Source: Mizuhopecten yessoensis
Lineage: Eukaryota
NCBI RefSeq assembly: GCF_002113885.1
Contig: NW_018406060.1
Coordinates: 1,022,315 to 1,086,314 of the forward strand
Direction: 5' to 3'
Length of the DNA: 64,000 nucleotides
In this document: positions 52,861 through 64,000 of the stretch, in pieces
How the letters are laid out: each line of letters begins with the position of its first letter
Position numbering within the stretch: position 1 is the first letter of the stretch
Notes under the pieces: generated by a model
The model's input: only the letters and a program-made list of their open reading frames with translations
Databases searched by the model: none
Told to the model about the DNA's origin: nothing
Translations under genes and position numbers: made by a program

Positions 52861-53989
52861 CCTACACATGACAAACAAATGAAATATTCAGGAAATCAGA
52901 TGTATTAGCTAAACCACGGAATATTAGATTAGATGCTATCTAAGTCCGTGGCAAAAGATAGGTCTCTACTGCGGAACCGTTGGAACAAACATATGTCTGT
53001 CACTTGAGCAACGTTGATATTTGGTTGTGAGAGTCAAAAATGGTATAAAGTCACCTGCCCGATTACTAGGGTTTATTCCGGGTACTCCAGTTTACTCCCA
53101 TATAACCACGGACTTAGATAGCATCTAACAAAAGCGATATATATATATATAGGCCTATATATAAGTTAAAATAACTTGTTTCACAATTGTTGTAAAACGA
53201 ATAAAGTTTATTATAGTCAAAAATATGAATAAGGATGTCACACTTGTGTTAAGATTAATCTATTTGATTTGGACACAAAAAATAAACCTGAGTTGAATAA
53301 AAAAAATTGGTAGCGTCCTCCATAAAAGTTCCATGTCCTTGATCCGCTTTTATTTTAGATATAGTATTGCATTTCCTGTTAGCCTGCACTAAATAAATGA
53401 ACGTACTGAATTCTCATTATTTTTAATATTTATACATTTTATTTTTTTCATTATTATTTAAAAAGATTGCAGTAAGCCTATTTATGATTATCAAAATTTG
53501 ATGTTTATTTGTATAAAATTAACAGTGAGCCTGTTTTGCATACCGTTGTTTACTTCCGGTAATGGACGACCAAAACTGACGACTCCGACTGCATAGAGAT
53601 TTCATTGTTTCACAACACTATACAGGCCTAGTATGATTCCTTTAAACGAAAACTATTCTATCCGTGATTTTTCAAAATCGTGTTCTTTAAATTAAGTACG
53701 TTCTAACACAGCTGCCGTAAGTAGGTAAGATTCACGAATCATTACTTTACTGAGCAAAGGAGTCTGTGGGCAGTATGGACATGCTACTTTTACTGTACCT
53801 GCTATTCGACCTAATTCATCATATTGAAGATCATGTAGATGTTTTGGTTGTATTTATGGACAGGAAAAGAGAGTGAGAATAGAGCTAATTTTGTAGAGAG
53901 GAGAGACGACCTTTAAAGGTTTCCAAAGTTTCAGATGATTAGAAATGATTTTAAATATCATAGTTAGGTGGGCATCCTTACTATCAGCG

Positions 53990-54660
53990 AGGCTGGGCTA
54001 GTTTAGGACGTCGAGCATGTCACTAACTGACAAGCCGCACAGCCCTACGCTGAACCATGTCCAATTTATTTATGTCACCTTTTTGGTTTGGGTCCCACAC
54101 GGTACAAGCATATTCCAAAGTCAGACGCACTAAAGATTTGTTCCTTTATTGTTTTAGAATTAATTTTTAGATTAGGCTGAATGAAGCCAAGAGTCTTGTT
54201 AGCTTTACTAGTTATTTCAGTAATGTGCGAATCCCATGTCAGATCTTTTTTCAATGTTACACCCAAATATTTCGCTTTATCAGTATGATCTAGACAATGA
54301 CCATGAAGAAAATAGTTATAATTTACTGAATTTTTATTTTTCAAAATGGATTAAATGTTACAATTTTTGTGGGTGATATTCCATATTCCACCCTTTATTC
54401 CAAACTGCGAGCTTATCTAAATCCTTCTGCAGTATTGTGTTATCCTCACTGGAGGTTACAGTTTTGTATAGAATTGTACCGTCAGCAAACAGTCTGACCA
54501 AAGATGAGAGACCCAGCTGGGGCATGTCATTTATATAGTACAAAAATAAACTTGGACCAAGGACTCACCCCTGGGGGACCCCAACTTGACTGGTACATAT
54601 GAAGATAGTTTGCCTTCGAGTACGACTGCTTGCATGTGTCCTATTCGACAAGAAGTTTTT
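53990..54660 (-). mobile_element. LINE reverse transcriptase relic
   Basis: YINDMP...RLFADGT, LQKDLDKL, KYLGVTL..DLTWDSHI..KANKTLGF, frameshifted. Confidence 0.85.
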
Positions 54661-56168
54661 AATCCATAGTCATGTGTTACCTGGGCACAGGCATCTGCGT
54701 CTGCTTTGTGAATTTTGTCAAAATATGAAATTGAGTCTTCGCAACCCTACCTACATTGTAGTATAATATGAAAAGAAAAAACCCGAAAAGAGCGAAGCTT
54801 TTGAGTATCTCTTATATTTACTAACTTATTCAGAAGAAGATAAGTTTTATTCAAAATCGTCAATTTCAGGAATAGCAATACAGCACAAGCTCTACTGTAA
54901 TGAGCTTTTAACAGGTTGGACACAGTGACCCACATTGGTACTAATCCTGCAGTCACCCATTTGAGTAGCAGTTTTATTAGGTTACATTTGCGTATCCCGG
55001 TTGAAACGGTACAGGTGGCGCAGAAATATTCCACGATGAGCGAATGCACTAATGGACTGTTCTATAAGCAGAGCTAAAAATGCACAGTTTTGGAGAATAA
55101 AAAACAATGTATCAAGAATATTATGCCCTTTTTTCATCCGTCCACTGAATATCATAACGTATCTTAAAAACTACATGTGGCTTGATAATGTTTTAGAAAG
55201 AAATAATGCAAACTAGCAATAGTCAGCATTTTAGTTTCGGTCAAGTACGTCTGAACCCCACAATCTACACGTGCCGAATATTCCTGAGGTCAGCCTTGGT
55301 CCAAATCTGTGTCTGCTGTTTTCTTTACAGGTTCAAACGGTTCAACTGTTTAAACCAGATACACGAATGTACCCTTCCTAAAACTGGGAATAATGTAGAA
55401 ATAATAAAACCACATAGTCAAAGTTCTTATAAACATTTATATATAAACATAAAAGGGCATCATTCTTTCAACACAATCCAAGTGTTTGAAATCAATTATG
55501 TAAAGACTACAAAAAAGTCTTGGAATCAAAAGCTGATGAAATTTTAACTTTGAAAAAATAGACGTCTGTAAAACCATTATCATTTAATGCTGTTATATGA
55601 CCAATATGAACCTGGTTGATGACAAAAAGAATCTTCAGAAGCTATTCACATTTTAATTTTTTGAGACTGGCAAAAAGAGATAAAAAACAATAAGTCCTGA
55701 TGCACCAGTAAAAAGATAATGCAACAGACATCTGCTCAGCTTATTTTTTCTTCCACCCAGAAAGAACCAATGACGGACAATTGAGTATGACATGGTTGTG
55801 ACGTCATATAAAGATAAATTAGATAATCTCTGAAAGAAGTTTCATGTATGCCAGAATTTTATGTAATGTACTTTTTTTCATTCAAAATATTTATTAATTT
55901 TCATCAAAATCTGAACATTTAGAAATATATTAACAATTAATATTATTACTCATATTATATGTTTATATTCTTTTTCTTTTATTTCCCCTCGCAACATATG
56001 AAAAATGTGCTTCTCCCTCTCACGATAGTAGATTTTTATGCCAAAGGAGTACTGTCAAGTTGTGACAATTGTAACATAGGGTCAGATAACTATTGTTTAC
56101 AAATACTTCCAATGATACTGATGTTTCAGGTTGAAATGGAGTAAAGCTACAAGTTAACAACTAGAACC

Positions 56169-59100
56169 ATGAATTCTATTTTGGGTGGCTCGCCTTCTCC
56201 TTTCACGCATCAACGAAATATCCCAGGAAGTGCTAGAAGACCATCTAGTGGAAGACCGGGCACCTCCCGTAACCCAATCACGGTAAAAATTACATACATC
56301 CCACACAGCCCTGTCACAGTAAACTTCACATACAACACCTAACACAGCCCTGTCACAGTAAACATTCCATACAACCCTGTCACAGTCCTGTCACAGTAAA
56401 CATCACATACAACACCTTACACAACCCTGTCACAGTAAACATTATATACATCCCACACAGCCCTGTCACAGTAAACATTACATACAACACCTTACACAGC
56501 CCTGTCACAGTAAACATTACATACAACACCTTACACAACCCTGTCACAGTATACATTACATACAACACCTAACACCTGTCACAGTAAACATTACATGCAA
56601 CACCTTACACAACCCTGTCACTGTATACATTACATATAACACCTTACACAACCCTGTCACTGTATACATTACATATAACACCTTACACAATCCTGTCACT
56701 GTATACATTACATATAACACCTTACACAACCCTGTCACTGTATACATTACATACAACACCTTACACAACCCTGTCACAGTAAACATTATATGAAATGTTT
56801 GGATTTTACTAATCAATACTATATTGCATGAATTAATTGGTAAAGTTTACAATGTATAACCTAAAGTTTATCAAGTTAACAATATGCTACATAATTTTTA
56901 ACAGAAATTAAAAAAATCAAAGTCAAATATAACTATTCATGATGTAGACTAGGATTACATTCAGTCATTCATGATCACTTTTCATTTTGTTTGAAAGTGA
57001 AAGCATTTTTTTAGGTCACCTGAGCTTTAGCTCAAGTGACCTATTGCTATCCGTTTTCGTCCGTTGTCGTCCGTCGTCCGTTAACATTTTACATTTCAAA
57101 CTTAAAGTCAAGTTCTGCTGGACCGATCGAACTGAAAGTTGGTAGGAATGATCAGCTCATGGTCCTGACAAAGTTAAGTTAACATTATACTATTTTTTAC
57201 TCAAATTGGTACATATTTCAACAACAAAAATAAATACTATAGACTCAGGTGACCGTTAAGGCCCATGGGCCTCTTGTTAATTTGCTATATCAGTTCTGAT
57301 ATCAATAAGTCATATTTTTAAATTATGAAGACAGATGTGATTATAATACTTAAATTTCAAATAAATGTACCTGTGATTAAGGTTGTAATTAGTTGTTCAA
57401 CTGGTCTAGATCTGCTTGTATCACTAAAAGTTATTACACTATTAAGGACTAGGTGACATATTCTACATGTCATTTTTTCTTGTCTTGGTCAGGGAGAAGA
57501 ATACGATTACAGGCCACCATCAAGACAAGTTTCCAGACCAGAGCCACCATCAAAACAAGTTTCCAGACCAGAGCCACCACCATCAAAACAAGTTTCCAGA
57601 CCAGAGCCATCATCAAGACAAATTTCCAGACCAGAGCCGCCATCAAGACAAGTTTCCAGACCAGAAAGTCGTCCACAGGGGTATGTGTCCTAAGTGATTA
57701 AGACACATTCTGCAGTGATTCTGAAGTAGGGCATGGAGCCAATCTTATGCATGATACATTGTTACAATAATAAATGAAATATTGAAAAAAACCACCACTA
57801 AATCTTTGAGATATGTTTAGGTGACATACATTTCAATTTTAACAGGGTTTAACCATTTCACCCCTATGCAACTTTAGTAGACTCTCCCATGCATTGATGT
57901 GGATGAGTCCATTATGGTCTACAGTGGTAAAAGGGTAAATAAGAGTTGGTTTAAGTTTGATTGTTAACAAGTTTTAAAAACACCATATAATACATGGTCC
58001 TTATACTAAGGATTACTAAGGATATAGCATTCTAAATAAACAACATACATGTATATATGATATAATATTCTAAATAAACAATGTACATGTATATATGATA
58101 TAGTATTCTAAATAAACAACATACATGTATATATGATATAGTATTCTAAATAAACAACATACATGTATATATGATATAGTATTCTGAATAAACAACATAC
58201 ATGTTTATATGATATAGTATTCTAAATAAACAATGTACATGTATATGTATGTATACATATATCACATGTAATTTCCTTAAACTTAACAGTTTAATATTAA
58301 ATTTTTAAACAAATTTTGTTTTAGTGTTCCAGCTTTGAATTTGAATTGCTTTACAAGAGATGCAGAGGTGACTCGTCCCATACAGGTAGATGACTACTTA
58401 GACTCACCGGGCTCTGCCAGGACTGCTGTTAGGTAGGATCAATTTATCAGGTTGTGAGGTGTAAACACAAAGGTGTTTTTGCTGGACTTGACTGTTGTTG
58501 ATATAGTGTCGTTAAAAATTAAGTATAAATGTATTGTTTGCATGATTTGTGATTTCCTGTTACAGATACAGATAGTTTATTAGAGTCTCACCATCCGCAT
58601 ACATATATACAATGATTACATAAAACATACATAAAACATATGACGCAAGCCACTCTAAAAGAGTTATGAGAGACTAAAAATAATTTAAATTACATGTAAA
58701 AGCACTTCACTTAAAAGAAACTTGCATTAAAAGGCTATATGAGAGATTTAGAAGCTAATACATGCCATACAATCATATTGACAAGTCCGCGCCTGTCAGC
58801 CAGGGATCCACCACATCTAAAGAAACTCTAAAAAAACAAGTTTAAACAAACATTAATTGTAACCTTTTTAGTGCATTTAAATTATAAAGGATTATATAAG
58901 TTTTAATGACACAAACTTAAGGATGTACACCTCTGAGAAGTCAAAAAATTCCTGTAATAAACTTTTTTTCTTATATTGATTTTTGGAAAAAGGAGATAAT
59001 GGCATAGTAGAAAATGCAAAAAAAAATATATGTCCGTGTGTTCGTTTTTGCGCTATGATCAGTCAAAGATACCAATATAACACAATAGGTGATTTTAGGT

Positions 59101-62100
59101 GAATTTTCGGGTTTTAACCATTTGCAGGACAAATTCATACAATTTCTTCCAAGTGTGTTATCAGATATGTATGAATGTTTGTAGAATTGATAAAAATATT
59201 ATTTTCTTTTAAATTATGGAAGTAAAATTTCTTAATCTTATTCATTTTACTCAGAAATGCGATTTTAGTTACCCCTACCCCTTATTTTTTAATGAAAAAA
59301 TACATATTTTTCACCATTTTTTGCAGATTAAACGCTTGATATAAAAAAATCCTGTATTAATCTTTTTTTAGCATTCAATGAATCAAAAGAAAATGTGTTT
59401 CTCTTTCTAAAACAGCCACAAAAATGGGGGGTCGGTGTGCTTCTTTTTTTGTCCCATTATTATTTGTGTTATTTTTCACCTTTTTCGGGGTCAAAAATCC
59501 AAAGTGCTTCAGTTACCCATATATGTAAAAAAAAAAAAAAAAAATATATAACTTTCCACTTTTTTGCATATCATTTTAATCATATTGAACATTATAAAGT
59601 TTTACAGCAAAATTGAACCTGCTACATTTAACAATGGTGACACAATGACAATTTAAGTGATCAATCTAGTGTCAAAAAAGGTGAAATTTTGCTTTAATAC
59701 ACTTTTTCAAAATGGCCGCCAAATTGGTCATTCTTTTCAAATTCTTGTAAAAAATGTTCTACACACAACAGACATCTAGTTTTTTTACATGTTTTTCAGA
59801 TGTGTGTTTGCTATTAAACCTATCATAATATGTTCAATATTACAAAAACCCATTACACCAGATCAAAACGAGACTTGAACGTGACTGAAACCTCAGAAGA
59901 GTACATCCTTAAGTGAGTTTCATAAAATTGGAACAAGTTTTGTACTCTGTTTATAATATATATATATACTTATCAAAAACACGAGAGTTGGACAGGTTAT
60001 GAATGCACGGTAGTTTAGTGGTAGGACACCGGGCTCGTGACCGAAGGGTTGCGGATTCGACTCGAGCCACAGAACTGTGTTGTATCTTTGAACGAGATAC
60101 TTTACTCCGCTTGTTCCAGTCTACTCAGCTGTAAATGAGTACATGGTTGGGCAGAGCTAAAACTGTTGAATGCTAGCTGTGAGCGCCGAAATGGCAGCAC
60201 TGGCTGTATGCTCCCCAGGGAGTTGAGAAAGATATTGGCTGGTTGCAAAGGCCCTATAACCACGGATAATAATTTGGGAACCGCTTTGAGACGACCCACA
60301 AACTAGGTTGTGATAAAGCAGTATATAAGAACCTCAAATTATTATTATTATTATGAATATTTTTACTGGGAAAATCATCAGCTTGCCTTTGCCTTAAATT
60401 TTGTTCATCCTTTTCTCCCACCTCTATGTATGCAAGATACATGATATATTCCATGTGGAATGCCCATGTGGAAAACCTCTTGACCATGTACAGTACTCTG
60501 ACTCGAGAACAGCATTTTTCTCTGAATTGACTAGGGTGTTCATAAAACAAAAATTGTCCTGTTCAAATTTCCTTGTCTATACCTCACATCAGGGATGAAT
60601 TCTATCTCTTGCTTATTACCTTAAACTTGTAAAAAACAGCTGCTCTTCTTGTAAAGTTGTAAACTGTCTGCGCATGTCTGTGCATATGCAGCACGGATGA
60701 CAATTGTTAATGACGTCAATGACCCTGACTGACCCCAAAACGTCATAAAATGACGTCACAAACAATAGCGTGACCCCGAAATGTCATTATAATTCCCCCG
60801 CCAGTCTGCACGTGTAAGCGATCTAGACCCGTGGGTCGGATAGAATTTTCAAGCACCGCCGGAAATGGGGATATCTCGGTCTATAAATGCTTACATTACA
60901 TTTCTCCGTCCGTTACCTATGAGTCCTCAAAAGGTACTAGCGTGATTTATTAGCCCACAAAGAAACACGGCCAAAACTGACCACCCAGAAAGAACCAGTG
61001 AAAACGTATACACAACTTGACGTAACACTGACCAATGAACAACTGTATGGTATCCCAACGTATCAACATACGTAACGAGCAGAACACCACAATACACCTG
61101 TAGACATAACATCACAGCATAGAATACAACACACGGACACGGTAGTAACATTACTCAGAGTACGAAATATAAACATGGACAGTCGGCACGCCATGGACGG
61201 ACTTAGTAAACAAGCATACATAAAAGCAAATACGTTAATTCTATCCCTGTGACATTGATATATAAAGAAGGTAAAAATGAAACATTGTTTACACAATTTA
61301 TTTTTTTATTTTTTAGTTGGGGTACTCCATGCGGAACAGACAGAAGTCAGCGCCAGTCAGCCCGGGGTTCAGCACCTTATCAGTACGATGTAAGTACCAT
61401 GTATTATGTAACAGTAATTCCTACTACCTGTGAGTTTAAACTTACTAACATACTCAAATCTTAGTTTACTCTAGAAGCTAATTAGGGATATTTCAGTCTC
61501 ACATTTGTGTGATGTGTTTGTTTTTATTATTAATGTTTTAGTTTTATGTGCTGGTAATTTAAATCCTGAATGTAACTTTCATTTTAACCCTTTCACCACT
61601 GGAGACCAAAATGGACTCATCCAGATCAATGCCTGGAAGAGTTAACTAAAGTTACATAGGGGTGAAAGGGTTGAACATATTTCGGTGTGAGCATCAGTAA
61701 CCTGATCGAGATTTCATAGCTGAGCTCTGTTCAATCTACCGTACTATGAATATCCTAGACTACTACTTGAATTCAAAGTGATATGAACAATTTATTTTAG
61801 AACTGTTTCTGTTTGTTATCTATTTTAATTGGTAACTCTATTTTGTTGTTGTACAACCAGAAGGTACAACTATTTTGGAATAAAAACAATCTTAGATGTT
61901 GCTGTTGCTAGTTTAGAGACAGGAGTGAAATCAAGTGAAATTCATTTTGTAAGTTTCTAGATGTATCGGTCATGAATTGTTTTCAAAATGTTTAGATATG
62001 TTTAATAGATTGACCAAGATCACAGTATTCTACTGTTGACCAGTACATTTAGTTTGATTTAACAGGGCATATAACCTCACTAAAGCATATATTCACACAT

Positions 62101-63547
62101 TAAAACATTACACCTCATAATTAACATGCATCAAATTTGAAAGATTTTACACTGCACTCCATGATTCATAGGGAATATGACAGACAGACGTGTCTGGATT
62201 ACTTCTCTGACTTCCATACTAATACTCTAACCTGTCTTACTTACCTGTAGTCCTGGGGGCGGGGTGAACCTGTGTCAAGGGGAAGGGGCAGTGGAAGGAG
62301 CAGTCGACCCCAGGACGTCCCAGAACTTCAGCTGGAGGAGGATATACAACCTAGGTCAAAGGTCAAGACACCTAAAACACCTAAAGAGGTAACCATCGTG
62401 GCACTGGCAAGTTGAAAGAAATGGGGTCAATATGACCACTGTTGTTGACAGAAATGTGGTCAATGTGACCACAGACATTGACAGAAATGGGATCAATGTG
62501 ACCACAGACATTGACAGAAATGGAGTCGATGTGACCACAGACATTGACAGAAATAGGGTCAATGTGACCACAGACATGGACAGAAATGGGGGCAATGTGA
62601 CCAGGTATTGACAGAAATGGGGTCAATGTTACCACAGGCATTGACAGAAATAGGGTCAATGTGTCCACAGACATGGACAGAAATGGGCTCAATGTGACCA
62701 GACATGGACAGAAATGGGGGCAATGTGACCAGGTATTGACAGAAATGGGGTCAATGTGACCACAGACATGGACAGAAATGAGGTCGATGTAATCACAGAC
62801 ATGGACAGAAATGGGGTCAATGTGACCAGACATTGACAGAAATGGGTTAATGTGACCACAGACATTGACAGAAATGAGGTCGATGTGATCAAAGACATGG
62901 ACAGAAATGGGGCAATGTGACCAGGTATTGACAGAAATGGGGTCAATGTGATCACAGACATTGACAGAAATGGGGTCAATGTGACCACAGACATGGACAG
63001 AAATGGGGTCAATATGACCACAGGCATTGACAGAAATGGGGTCAATATGACCACTGACAAAAAATTTTGAAAATGCTGCCGATGAAGATGATGGCATATG
63101 ATGTCATTGGTGGGGGATCAGCTAGCTCTACTGATTGGGGATGGATATTAACAAAACTAGAGTAATCTGTTCTGCTGTTGTATGTCAGTGATACGATTTA
63201 CAGAATCTACCGTTTACACAGGAAACACCATCACAATTTGTATATTTTCCAAATTCAAGATGGCTACACTATTTTTTCCTGGAACATTTAAGTTATATTT
63301 TACATTTTAATCTTAATATCAGAATGATAATGTGAATTTTATTTCGAATAATTATGAATACATTTGATATTGAATTTGACATGTCTTAGGAATATACATT
63401 TTATCAGTATGTCCATGCTCGCTTCAGCCATCTGCATGGGACAAGGTTCCCCTCCCAGACGAGTTGCCTCCTCCCTCGGCCAAACACAAAGAGATGTACA
63501 AACAGTATGAGAATGAAATGAAGCACTCCTATAGAACTAAAGGCCAG
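56169..63547 (+). CDS. CAPS2: calcyphosin-2-like protein, N-terminal part (continues beyond the window)
   Basis: Exons 56169-56282, 57493-57680, 58325-58432, 61317-61389, 62251-62388, 63428-63547 join in frame. Motifs VPALNLN, TAVSWGTPC and PLPDELPPPSAKHKEMYKQYENEMK resemble my recollection of the vertebrate CAPS2 N-terminus (VPRLDLG, LGWVTPC, IPENLPAPTDK..KYQQ..EIK). The EF-hands are not in the window. Confidence 0.72.
56273..56790 (+). repeat. 36-39-bp tandem array spanning the donor of the first CAPS2-like coding exon
   Basis: The junction CCCAATCACG|GTAAAAATTACATACATCCCACACAG matches the unit CCCTGTCACAGTAAACATTACATACAACACCTTACACA. About 13 copies. Confidence 0.85.
57005..57278 (-). mobile_element. 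Helentron/HINE-like element
   Basis: Ends TTTTAGGTCACCTGAGC...GCTCAAGTGACCT (palindrome) and CAGGTGACCGTTAAGGCCCATGGGCCTCTTGTT, with a GTCC microsatellite. Confidence 0.75.
58020..58250. repeat. ~38-bp AT-rich tandem repeat
   Basis: Unit TATTCTAAATAAACAACATACATGTATATATGATATAG, about 6 copies. Confidence 0.85.
58921..59908. mobile_element. non-autonomous DNA transposon, Kolobok-like
   Basis: TTAA TSD with TIRs GGATGTAC..CTGAG / CTCAG..GTACATCC (RR...YY termini). No ORF. Confidence 0.7.
60003..60355 (+). mobile_element. tRNA-derived SINE with CORE-like body and (ATT)n tail
   Basis: A box GGTAGTTTAGTGG, B box GATTCGACTC, body TGTATCTTTGAACGAGATACTTTAC, ends ATTATTATTATT. Confidence 0.7.
62412..63055. 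repeat. ~33-bp minisatellite at the start of a CAPS2-like intron
   Basis: Unit GACAGAAATGGGGTCAATGTGACCACAGACATT, starting ~25 nt after the donor at 62389. Confidence 0.9.
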
Positions 63548-64000
63548 GTGACAAATGTATGTGAACCTTAACACTGCATAATCCCTTTTTGGATGAGACA
63601 TATATTTATCACATAATCTGTCTGTTATCCAGTGAATTTCTCCCGTGTAATATTTTTACATATGTCACTAGTGTAATATACCCTGGAGCATTTTTCATTG
63701 GCTATGCCAGTCAGAAATCGATTGTGATGTCATAATAGGGACAATGACGTGATGGTGCAACAAAATGTCTCCCTTTGATTAAGCCCTCTACATTTTGGCT
63801 TTAAAACCTGTCAAAATGTAAGTTTTCTTAGGTATGTGATAAAAGGTAACTTAAATTTGTTTTCATTTCATATGAGCTTTTATGAAACTCGTCTTGAAGT
63901 TTTAATTTTTACTTGCCATGGCTCGCAAAAATACAAACTCTGAAAACTCGTTCCATAAAACCTCTTATGAAATGAAAACTCATTTAAGATCCTATATATA

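Noticed and set aside
62412-63055. Fifth donor-spanning array
   Set aside because: It starts ~25 nt downstream of the donor and the unit contains neither exon sequence nor the donor.
62381-63097. 238-aa minus-strand ORF
   Set aside because: Antisense translation of the 33-bp intronic minisatellite.

Overview
Eukaryotic, AT-rich, intron-rich animal genomic DNA. The repeat families (Helentron/HINE-like, V- and CORE-type SINEs, many MITEs) suggest a bivalve mollusc; that is an inference. Five spliced genes were reconstructed by hand from splice signals and reading frame. RPL36A/eL42 (minus, 106 aa) lies head-to-head with cytosolic acetyl-CoA acetyltransferase ACAT2 (plus, 9 exons, 395 aa). A 453-aa single-pass receptor-like gene (plus) converges on SNRPE/SmE (minus, 90 aa, U12-type first intron). 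The 5' part of a calcyphosin-2-like gene (plus) runs off the right edge. The RPL36A introns hold two near-identical H/ACA snoRNA copies. The most striking pattern is tandem arrays whose repeat unit spans an exon end plus its 5' splice donor: 3 of 8 ACAT2 introns and one CAPS2-like intron. One is a perfect 28 x 51-bp in-frame array offering 28 identical donors. Other notable elements are a ~414-bp miniature LTR element with tRNA-derived LTRs (Ajax-like) and two decayed minimal hammerhead-ribozyme motifs of Penelope type. Most long ORFs in the supplied track are artefacts of tandem repeats.
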